DNA of 34,936 bases from Octopus bimaculoides (Eukaryota). The DNA lies in the NCBI RefSeq assembly GCF_001194135.2, contig NC_069000.1, forward strand, positions 29,004,481 through 29,039,416. The letters are read 5' to 3'. The notes beneath the pieces are model-generated. The model had not been told where the DNA came from. It made no database searches and saw only the letters and a list, made by a program, of their open reading frames with translations. Below, piece after piece: positions 10,360 to 19,707 of this stretch; the first letter of the stretch is position 1; each line of letters starts with the position of its first letter. Both the position numbers and the translations under genes were made by a program.

Positions 10360-13200
10360 CCGCGCATTATTTATCCGAGATGCTATTTATTCAAAGTCCG
10401 TTATGGTGGACACGGGAGCTAGCGTAAGTATCTGACCGCGAAAGTTTACTTCCACCAATCTTGGTCTTTCTGACATATCTCTCTACGCGGTGAATCACTC
10501 CACCATTAAAACCTACGGACAAATCTCTCTTACCCCTGGATTTATTCACTCCGTAGTGATTTCAAATGGATATTCGTCATTGCGGACCCGCCCTATCCTA
10601 TCCTTGGTGCTGATTTACATCACTATTCTCTCTTTGTGGACGTTAGAGGACACCAGCTTATTGATTATACTACCTCACTCGCTGTCTCCAGAAAGGATTC
10701 TTCTGTTCCTGTTGTCAGCCCTTCTTTCTTTATGGATGCTTCGGGTGACTCTTACCACCAGTTACTCACTTCGTTTCCGGAGTTGACTGATTTGTCATTT
10801 CATCCGTCGAATCCAGCCCATTCCAGGAGACATTTCATCACGACTAAGGGACCACCTGTTTTTCTCGACTGCGCCTTTTGTCTCCAGAGAAATTCCGGAT
10901 CATACAGGTTGAATTCGAACATATGCTCCAGTTGGGCCTTATTCGTCCCTCCACAAGCTTGTGGGCAGCACCTTTACACATGGCCTGGAAGAATGAAGCT
11001 GATTTTCGACCGGTTGGAGATTTCGGATGCTTTAACACTGTCACTATTCCAGATCGCTATCCGCTACCAAATGTGCAGGATTTTTCATCTGCTCTGTACA
11101 GCTGTAAGACTTTTTCTAAGATTGACTTGGTACGCGCGTACTGTCAAATCCCTGTCAACCCCGATGACATTCCAAAGACAGCCTTTTGGAGCGATTGAAT
11201 TTTTGTCTATACCATTTAGTCTTCATAATGCGGCCAGTACGTTCCAAAGGTTCATTGATGAGATCGTTCGTGGGTTAGACTTTGTCTTCACATACGTCTA
11301 TGACCTTCTAATCGCAAATGGTACTCCGGACCAGCACCTCCAGCACTTAACCCAACTGTTCAAGCGTTTGCGTTCCTATAATGTGAAGGTCAATCCGGCT
11401 AAGTGTGTATTTGGTTCCACCAGCTTGAAATTCTTGAGGCATCTCATTGACACCGATGGTATTTGTCCGCTTTCTCTAAAGTGGAATCCATCAAACGCTT
11501 GTCTCCTCCTTTTTCCTTAAAACAGCTCAGAAATTTTATTGGTTCAATTAATTATCATCATCATTTCATTCCTAACTGTGCAGAGAAGTTGTTTCTTTTG
11601 ACCCAGCTTTTGAAACACCAACGCAAAAAAGATTCCCCGATAACGCTGTCTCCTACATCCAAGCTTTTGAATCTGTCAAAGCTGAACTTGCTCAAGCATC
11701 CTTCCTCACTCATCCTATTGCAGATGCAAGATTGTCTCTCATGGTCGATGCGTCATCATCCGCCATTGCCGCAGTTTTAGAGCAATCTGTCAACGGCCGA
11801 ATCCAGCCATTGGCTTTCTTTTCTCATCAATTGAAAGCTGCTGAACTAAGATACAGAGTGTTTGGTAAGGAACTCTTAGTAATTTATCTGGTCGTGAAGT
11901 ATTTCTCTCACCTTCTCGAAGGTAGAGATTTCACAATTTTCACCGACCACAGACCGCTAACGTTCGCTCTTTTTGCCGAAACGGACCAGTACTTGCCCAC
12001 AGAAACAAAGCATTTGGACTACATATCACAGTTCACTAGTGACATTCGCCACATTGCTGGTATTGACAACATCCCCGCTGACACCTTATCTCACCTGCCT
12101 GTCAGTGCATTGTCATCTCCTGCTTCCATTGATTTGGTTGCTATGGCTACTGACCAACCCTTCTTGAATTCTCTGGACGTCTCTTCACCACAGTTTTCCT
12201 GCTGCCTTTTTCTGAAGGAACCATTCTCTGCGATGTTTCTACCGGGTCACCCTGACCCCTTGTTCCTGAACATCACCGTCGTGCTGTTTTTGAAGTCCTG
12301 CATTCACTGTCACACCCTGCCATTGCAGCCACAGTAAAGCTTATCTCGACCCGCTTTTTTCTGGCCGAATATGCATTGATCTATTACTGCTATCTATCAT
12401 GCACCTGTCTACCATGTCAGCATTCCAAGGTGCATCATCACGTGCGAGCACCTCTTGGGCACTTCCAGCCACTGGACACCAGGTTCCGTCACATACACAT
12501 CGACCTATTGACCTGGCTGGTCTTTGGGTGATCAGTTGCGGATTTACTTACATATTGACCTGCATCGACCTGAAGCCATCCCTTTTGTGGACATTTCCGC
12601 GGAAGCGGTCGCCAGAGCACTCATCTTTGGGTAGATATCTCGCTTCGGAATACCCTCCAGAATTACCACTGACCGTGGACGCCAATTTGAAGCTTGTCTG
12701 TTCTGTGAGCTTTCAAGATTGCTTGGAGTTCAGCACATCCACACCATAAGTTACCACTCCACCGCAAACAGGATGGTGGAACGATTCCACCATCAGCTTA
12801 AAGCCGCTATCCATGCTGCTCCTGTTCCTCATCGTTGGTCCAAGTTTCTCCCCATTGTTCTGCTGGGGTGCAGCTCAGCTGTTAAGGAGGATTTAGGCTA
12901 CTCCTCCGCTGAGCTCCTGTAAGGCACCACTTTGGTGCTTCATGGACAAATATTGGCGCCAGTCGACTTACCGAATGCGGATCCTACATCTTACGTCATG
13001 TGGTTCAGGTCATTCTTTGCTGACCTGCCACCAATGCTTCCTCGCGACCACTCTATTTCTTCTACAGTACCTCCGGATAGTTCTACGTGGACTCACGTGT
13101 TTGTAAGGGACCGCTCACACCTCCCTACACTGGTCCCTATTGTGTTCTTAAAAGCACACCGAAACTGTTCACTGTCGACATTCACGGGGGAAAAAAAGAG
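10360..13200 (+). pseudogene. Pol remnant (protease, RT, RNase H, integrase)
   Basis: MVDTGASVSI near 10404; WAAPLHM, DRYPLP and FSKIDLVRAYCQIP; catalytic YVDD mutated to YVYD (11293-11304); VDASSSAIAAVLEQ and FTIFTDHRPL; LHSLSHP..RFFWPNM; TTDRGRQF and [15 protein letters not shown]. Confidence 0.93.
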
Positions 13201-13436
13201 ACTGTTTCTATCGATAGCGTGAATAAAAACATTTTCTGAAACATTAATGCCACTTGCTGACACACCCATCATTCCACAAACACTGCTACCACTACCCCGA
13301 CAAGCACCACCTCCACTCACCAACTACATAAACGCATCCTTCTGGCAGATCGGTTCACTGCCTTCTTCACACAACTGTTTTGCCATGTTTCATTCTTCTG
13401 TGCGCTCCTATCGCACATGTACTTTGCCTATATTTA

Positions 13437-13607
13437 TCTGTAGACTTAAAATAGGTTTTTATTAACTATGTCTTATTGAAAATGTATTCATAAATAAAGT
13501 ACAGCACTGGGAATAGCTGTTAGCAGTTTAGGTGAGGCTAGGCCAGGCCTAGCCTATCGTGTAGACGAACAATTCGACTTAAGTCGTGTTTTAGCGAGGG
13601 ATATTGC
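13437..13607 (+). mobile_element. Tigger/pogo-like right end
   Basis: About 85 bp similar to 8414-8498, a perfect hairpin AGGCTAGGCC-A-GGCCTAGCCT (13535-13555), CGACTTAAGTCG (13575-13586) and a degenerate TIR ending before TA (13608-13609). Confidence 0.75.
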
Positions 13608-13649
13608 TAATGAAAACATCAACACTTTGATAATTGGACTGAGTCATTA

Positions 13650-13960
13650 ATCCAACGGCTGTGAAATGCCTCTGGTACAATAAGTGATAGCAACACTCGT
13701 GTCCATGCGTGAACAACTTCGTGTCCAAGGTTTTATTCAGATACGTAACAAACAAACTCATACAGTGAGTACACAATGTTTAATAAAGTTATCTGGGATG
13801 AAGAAAAAGGTTCTGAACATCTTGCCATGTTCCACGATTGCAGTGAGAGAATAGAAGGAATTCAAAGTACAAAATTTACTTTCAGACCAGCACTAGGCAT
13901 AGAATACCATAGCGAGTTGCTGGTAAGAAATGAATATCGAATCCATGTGCCTGACTCTCT
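13650..13960 (+). pseudogene. hAT (Charlie/Buster-like) transposase fragment, internally deleted
   Basis: Manual translation SMREQLRVQGFIQIRNKQTHTVSTQCLI resembles DGAPxM..GF..I....H...THCxIH. It is followed in another frame by DEEKGSEHLAMFH, resembling CEEMGSEH..LLFH. Confidence 0.5.
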
Positions 13961-14101
13961 CTCCAATGTTTACCTTGTCGTGTCTTAGGAAAAAAAAAAG
14001 AAGTTCAATTGGAATACGCTCTTAAGTAGACAATATGTTTCAAATGCCCTACTGTGTGTCGTTTTCAATTATGCCTTGTATGCTAGCAAAGGGGGAGCTA
14101 A

Positions 14102-14513
14102 CATAGGTTCTCAAAGTGGGCGTTGAGAAGGTTCAGGTGAGCGTTGAGAGGGTTAAGGTAGGCGCTNNNNNNNNNNNNNNNNNNNNNNNNNNNNNNNNNN
14201 NNNNNNNNNNNNNNNNNNNNNNNNNNNNNNNNNNNNNNNNNNNNNNNNNNNNNNNNNNNNNNNNNNNNNNNNNNNNNNNNNNNNNNNNNNNNNNNNNNNN
14301 NNNNNNNNNNNNNNNGGAAGGCAATGGATTGGGAAATGCTATGAATTTATACTATTATATAATATTGTATTAAATATCAAATGATTCATAGTATATATAA
14401 ATTAGTAAAATACAAAATATTTATTTATTTATACATAAAAATAGGGTTGGGGCGCTGAAGGTAATATGTGGCCATGAGGAGGATGGGGTGGCCCCAAAAT
14501 TTTAGAACCTTTG
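14102..14513. mobile_element. Candidate hAT/Charlie-type MITE spanning a gap
   Basis: Left end CATAGGTTCTCAAA; right end reverse complement CAAAGGTTCTAAAA. The right flank TTCTAAAC fits the Charlie target preference, but the left TSD does not match. Internal 21-bp tandem repeat at 14120-14166. Confidence 0.45.
14167..14316. other. Assembly gap (150 N)
   Basis: N run. Confidence 1.
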
Positions 14514-15254
14514 TTCTAAAACATACAACAGGTGAGCTAACTATCCTTGACTCCCAACAAATATTTTGTGGGCTACGAACCTGCTTCAAATAGCATTGCC
14601 TACAGTGTATCCTGGAACCAATTAAAGACTTAGGGTGACATATACCTGTACTTTGCTGGTGTGAATCCTTCACAATGTGCTAATGAAGTAATAACCAAGA
14701 TAAAAAGTATTCCCTCACTCTTTCTATATATTTTGTTTGTTTTACATCTGTCTTCCCATGCTTGCATGGATTGGACAAATAAGGTATTTGAGGCATTTGC
14801 TTACAGCTGGATGTTCTTCCTGGTGCTAACACCTAACTGTTTTTCAAGTAAAGGCTCTCTTATTTCAAATGGCTTTGAAGGCACAAAGTAACTGGATAAC
14901 TTGTTGATAAAACTGACTGCAACAACAACACCTGCTGCAGCACTGTTACTATTGAAGATTTTGTAGTACTTATAGTTTGTTGTGAGTGTTTTCTATTAGG
15001 CATAAGAAAGATCAAACAATGTTTGGACTGACATTTAAGTTAAATAGTGTGTTAAACTATATGATCTTTTTTTTATTTTCATTTTCAGTTGCATTATCGT
15101 GTTTTATGTAACAAATATTTCATTAAATTCATTTCTATGAAATGAGACATTCTAATATTCCATGGTGAAGTTAAAATATTTTTCATCATGGGATGCTCTT
15201 GTTAACAGGTAATAGCAAAGCATTAGCTTTTGGTAGTGAATGCTTCAGTATTAA

Positions 15255-15510
15255 TAACATGGACATTGGCATCGTTACTTTCTTTGATGACATTTCTGGG
15301 CCAAACATAATGGCACAGAACTCTTTGACATCTTTATGGGGTCTTTTGACAAAATTGAAATGCATAATTTATCCTACATTCATTCCAGACAAATTGTAAT
15401 GGCCTACATCTAGGATTTTATAGAGAAGATGGACTAATCATATCTCACAATAAACAAACATTCTATAAAACCTTCAATAGGAACCATATTAGGTCGGCTA
15501 TAATTGTTTT
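15255..15510 (+). pseudogene. Highly decayed CR1/L2-type RT fragment
   Basis: MDIGIVTFFD..LLTKLKC is followed about 43 codons later by PSIGTILGRL*LF (compare PQGSILGPLLF). The spacing fits LINE RT domains 3-4, but similarity is weak. Confidence 0.4.
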
Positions 15511-16299
15511 GATAACCTTGCCACCTCTTTAATTAGAATCAATGGGAAAAGTTTGACAAACCCAAATGCATAAACACTCAAATACTTCTGTCTTGCTACA
15601 AATACCCATCCACTAAATGACAAATGACTTCAAGAGAATGGTAATAACACTGATGTAAAAAGTAACTTAGGTCTAACTGCAAAAAACAATTAAAACAAGA
15701 CTTATTTATTTCAGACATTAATACAGAAGAAATATTACTACATTCTCAAACAATATTTGAGATCTGAAGTATATAGATTTCAACAATTTCGATATCTACT
15801 GCTCAATTATCAAAGCGACATTTGTACCTTAATCAATTCAAAAACCTCTGTTTATCTGAAAAGGATAATATATTGATGCAACCACTTAATTTGTTAAACA
15901 CATCAGAAGAGCTACACCTTATGAAGTTTTTAATAAATGGTTAATGTCACTGACGGTGATACATGTAGTGACCTATGTATAGATTTTTCCATCTGCCCTC
16001 TAAAGTCAATCACATTTATTATCATTTCTAATCTTTCTCAAAGATTGTCCTTATTTGAAATAGAATTTTGAAACTTTGGACATGTTGAGGCAAATTCCAT
16101 TGTCAGGTGGCTTAAACTTTTAGACTGTTATTTTTTTTTCTGTTGGTGTTGAATATGATTTAGCATCTGTTAATATTCTCTTTAATGACGGTGGTTATCT
16201 TTAACTTTTTATAATTGCATGTGTTTGTAGAATCCTATTCAGTTTGGTGTCCTTTATCAGTATCAGTAGATTCACATATGCACACACAACCCATATATA

Positions 16300-16555
16300 G
16301 ATATACACACACATGGGCACATGCACACACACACACACATTCAGGGAGATATTTACACTTATATATCTATACATGCATGTAAGCATGTTGACATGACCAT
16401 GAATATGTTGAGATTTGCATGTGCAGTTCTGCATATATGCAAATGTGTGTGTGTGTATGCCTATACATATATATATATATATAGAGAGAGAGATAGATAG
16501 ATAGATAGATATACATACATATATACATATATACATACATACATATATATATATA
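16300..16555. repeat. Mixed (CA)/(TA)/(GATA)/(TACA) microsatellites
   Basis: Seen directly. Confidence 0.9.
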
Positions 16556-16710
16556 NNNNNNNNNNNNNNNNNNNNNNNNNNNNNNNNNNNNNNNNNNNNN
16601 NNNNNNNNNNNNNNNNNNNNNNNNNNNNNNNNNNNNNNNNNNNNNNNNNNNNNNNNNNNNNNNNNNNNNNNNNNNNNNNNNNNNNNNNNNNNNNNNNNNN
16701 NNNNNNNNNN
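16556..16710. other. Assembly gap (155 N)
   Basis: N run. Confidence 1.
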
Positions 16711-16734
16711 GTGTCTGAAGACCATGACGAAGAG

Positions 16735-17060
16735 TGACACGCCCTCAAGTGGTTACGTAAACTGATCCTTGACTCTGCAGGGTTTTTCTTCCTGCCTATG
16801 CTTAATAGTTTTAAAGTGAAAGTCAGTTCATGAAATCTGATCTCTCTCTTTAGACTTGGAGGTCTAACTACAGAAGCTTAGCAGGCTAAGATGGCTACAA
16901 TGACCAGCAAGCTGTAGGTTTTACCCATAAGTGGCCTTATGTTAGGTGAAATGTCTTACTGGGCTGGAGAGATCCACCTATCTACTTTGAAGTTGCTGGA
17001 AAGGTGTCAAAGAGGACACCATCTGAGGGACTACACTCCTGGATTTGTTGTTGATGTTCA
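16735..17060 (+). pseudogene. Possible DIRS-type tyrosine recombinase C-terminal relic
   Basis: Fragments in different frames: ALKWLRKLILDS, KVS.HEI*SLS, CWK and HHLRD. They resemble DIRS YR motifs (W.R..I..AY; HE.R; W.S..TF..HYLRD), but the spacing is longer than canonical. Confidence 0.3.
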
Positions 17061-17210
17061 CTCCCCTAGCCCTTCCCTTTCCCAAGTTTCCCAAGATATT
17101 CACAAGACGGTGAAGGTTTATGCTTTGAGTAATTTTTTTCCCAAAACCTGCTGATAAACCTATAGTTGAGATCCTGAGAGACACTATCACTCTGGGTCAG
17201 AATACACATG

Positions 17211-17930
17211 GGGACAATAGTGGTTAAGACCTGGGGACAATAGTGGTTAAGACCTGGGAACAATAGTGGTTAAGACCTGGGGACAATAGTGGTTAAGACC
17301 TGGGGACAATAGTGGTTAAGACCTGCAAACAATAGTGGTTAAGACCTGGGGACAATAGTGGTTAAGACCTGGGAACAATAGTGGTTAAACCTGGGAACAA
17401 TAGTGGTTAAGACTTGGGGACAATAGTGGTTAAGACCTGGGAACAATAGTGGTTAAGACCTGGGAACAATAGTGGTTAAACCCTGGGAACAATAGTGGTT
17501 AAGACCTGGGGACAATAGTGGTTAAGACCTGGGGACAATAGTGGTTAAGACCTGGGGACAATAGTGGTTAAGACCTGGGAACAATAGTGGTTAAGACCTG
17601 GGGACAATAGTGGTTAAGACCTGGGAACAATAGTGGTTAAGACCTGGGAACAATAGTGGTTAAGACCTGGGAACAATAGTGGTTAAGACCTGGGGACAAT
17701 AGTGGTTAACACCTGGGAACAATAGTTGTTAAGACCTGGGAACAATAGTGGTTAACACCTGGGAACAATAGTGGTTAAGACCTNNNNNNNNNNNNNNNNN
17801 NNNNNNNNNNNNNNNNNNNNNNNNNNNNNNNNNNNNNNNNNNNNNNNNNNNNNNNNNNNNNNNNNNNNNNNNNNNNNNNNNNNCTGGGAACAATAGTGGT
17901 TAAGACCTGGGAACAATAGTGGTTAAACCC
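17211..17930. repeat. 23-bp minisatellite CTGGG(G/A)ACAATAGTGGTTAAGAC; about 25 copies before the 100-N gap (17784-17883) and 2 after
   Basis: Period counted directly; occasional 22-bp variants. Confidence 0.97.
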
Positions 17931-17983
17931 TGGAACTCCCAAACCAGGACCCAACTAATGGCTGCAGTTTAAAGTCATATCTA

Positions 17984-18620
17984 GGGTAAACATATGTGGT
18001 TTTGTGGTAAGATGCTTGCTTCCCAACTACATTGTTTTGTGTTCAGCCCCACTGTGTGAGACCATGGGCATGTGTCTTCCACTACAGCCTGGAGCTGACT
18101 GAAACCTTGTGAGTGGATTTGGTTGACAGAAACTAGAGAAGGTGGTGAGCTGGCAGAAACGTTAGCACACCAGGTGAAATGCTTAGCGGTATTTCGTCTG
18201 CCGTTACGTTCTGAGCTCAAATTCCGCCGAGGTCGACTTTACCTTTCATCCTTTCGAGGTCGATAAATAAGTACCAGTTACGTACTGAGATCGATGTAAT
18301 CTACTTAATCCCTTTGTTTGTCCTTGTTTGTACCCTCTGTGTTTAGCCCCTTGTGGGCAATAAAGAAATAAGAAACTAAAACAAGCCCACTGTGTGTGTG
18401 TGTTTGTGCCTGTGTTTATCCTCCACTACCACTTGACGACCTATGTTGGTGTGTTTACGCTCCCATAACTTAGTGGTTCAGCAAAACAGACTGATAGAAT
18501 AAGTATTGGGTTTAAAAAAAAAATGTCCTGTTGTCGATTTGTTCAACTAAAAGCCTTCAAGGTGGTGCCCCAGGAGGGGTACTGTCAAATGACTGAAAGA
18601 AATAAAAGATGATAAAGATA
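17984..18620 (+). mobile_element. Older tRNA-derived SINE (family B) split by a younger SINE insertion
   Basis: Head TGTGGTAAGATGCTTGCTTCCCAA..GTTCAGCCCCAC; body resumes at 18371; tail ends GTCAAATGACTGAAAGAAATAAAAGA. Colinear with the uninterrupted minus-strand copy at 28759-29158. Confidence 0.88.
18141..18370 (+). mobile_element. Younger tRNA-derived SINE (family C) nested in the family B SINE
   Basis: Head GGTGGTGAGCTGGCAGAAACGTTAGC, B-box-like GAGCTCAAATTCC, core CCTTTCATCCTTTCGAGGTCGATAAATAAGTACCAG, tail AATAAAGAAATA. Flanked by a diverged TSD AGAAACTA(GAGAA/AAACAA). Confidence 0.88.
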
Positions 18621-18913
18621 AAGATATGGCAAGTGTACTAATGTTTGTCTTTTCATATACTTCTGTACCATTGCACAAATGTGTGTCTGTTCATATGTAT
18701 ATCAAGGCATATATGTAAGCAAAATTTCAACTTGCATACACCTATACATAATCCAGGCCACATTCACTATCTTTTACACAAGAAAATTTTCAAATATACG
18801 TACTGTAATCACATGTCATTAATATTTAATATATGGACTGTTACAGTTCTATATTTAAGACATTATGTACATTATTTACATATGATGGATATTTGTCCTC
18901 ATCTTGTTTGCTG

Positions 18914-18958
18914 TTAACACGTTTTGGCTGATATACCCTTCAGCCTTCATCAGGTGTC
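18914..18958 (-). ncRNA. Minimal type I hammerhead ribozyme motif, left arm, probably inactive
   Basis: Minus strand reads GACAC-CTGATGA-A-GGCTG-aagggtatat-CAGCC-AAAAC-GTGTT. Helix II is perfect, but core GAAA reads AAAA and 2-3 nt are missing at the cleavage site. Confidence 0.65.
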
Positions 18959-19030
18959 TTGAGGAAATTTCGAACCGGGGTTCTCATTCCTAAGGTATTT
19001 TTCGTTGTTGTTGCTGCTGTTTCTGTTATT

Positions 19031-19120
19031 GTTATCGTTATTATTCAGGTGACTGCCTGGAATCGAACTCGGAATCTTGGGGTTAGTAACCCACGCTCTT
19101 AACCACTACACCATATGCCC
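19031..19120 (-). promoter_or_regulatory. tRNA-like Pol III head of the left arm
   Basis: Reverse complement GGGCATA-TGGTGTAGTGG-TTAAG..GAGTTCGATTCC. Confidence 0.75.
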
Positions 19121-19292
19121 ATGGGCAATTATGGAGTGAATTTTAGGGCTTATAAATCTAATATTCTCCTATCCTTCCTTCCACTGGTGTCATTACATTC
19201 AAGCCTGGTGGTATTATCTGTCATATGTAAATAATGTAAATAATGTACATAATTCCTCATCTCTTAAATATAGAACTGTATTATCTAGTCGG

Positions 19293-19460
19293 TACGGAGC
19301 CAACATTAGACTTCAATAGAGACATATAGAGAAACTCCATCAAAAACTAGCTTGTCTTTCAAACCATCTAACTTCCCTGTGTAGGTGTAGAGACTCAAAA
19401 CTAATACCACCTGGCTTGAATATAAAGACACCAGTGGAAGGAAGGATAGGAGAATATTAG
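19293..19460 (+). pseudogene. N-terminal remnant of a Penelope-like ORF
   Basis: YGANIRLQ*RHIEKLHQKLACLSNHLTSLCRCRDSKLIPPGLNIKTP resembles my recollection of the PLE N-terminal pattern YG...R..EK...K.....NHL.F..RC.....P.GL..K.P. There is no RT or GIY-YIG downstream. Confidence 0.6.
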
Positions 19461-19497
19461 ATTTATAAGTCCTAAAATTCACTCCATAATTGCCCAC

Positions 19498-19572
19498 GGG
19501 CATATGGCGTAGTGGTTAAGAATGCGAGCGACTAACCCCAAGATTCTGAGTTCGATTCCAGGCAGTCACCTG
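19498..19572 (+). promoter_or_regulatory. tRNA-like Pol III internal promoter of the right arm
   Basis: A box TGGCGTAGTGG (19505-19515) matches TRGCNNARYGG; B box GTTCGATTC (19550-19558) matches GWTCRANNC. Followed by (AAT)n(AAC)n at 19577-19614. Confidence 0.85.
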
Positions 19573-19662
19573 AATTATAATAATAATAATAATAATAACA
19601 ACAACAACAACAACATCGAAAATTACCTTAGGAATGAGAACCCAGGTCCGAAATTTCCTCAA

Positions 19663-19707
19663 GACACCTGATGAAGGCTAGAGGGTATATCAGCTGAAAC
19701 TTTGTGT
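19663..19707 (+). ncRNA. Minimal type I hammerhead ribozyme motif, right arm
   Basis: GACAC-CTGATGA-A-GGCTA-gagggtatat-CAGCT-GAAAC-TTT-GTGTT. Core CUGAUGA/GAAA is intact and helix I pairs GACAC/GTGTT. The G expected after GAAAC is T in this copy. Confidence 0.72.

Larger units (their letters stand above)
8501..13430 (+). mobile_element. Degenerate Ty3/Gypsy LTR retrotransposon, CsRn1-like; 3' LTR absent
   Basis: TGTAAAC start at 8501, PBS-like TGGTGACCCC at 8902-8911, gag with a CHCC motif, protease VDTGAS, RT, RNaseH and integrase in Gypsy order. Confidence 0.92.

Noticed and set aside
17211-17930. Regular repeat array resembling CRISPR
   Set aside because: Units are head-to-tail with no unique spacers, there are no cas genes, and the context is eukaryotic.
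19498-19572. Functional tRNA gene
   Set aside because: A and B boxes are present, but the acceptor and anticodon stems do not pair into a convincing cloverleaf, and there is no oligo-T terminator after it; treated as a SINE-type head.
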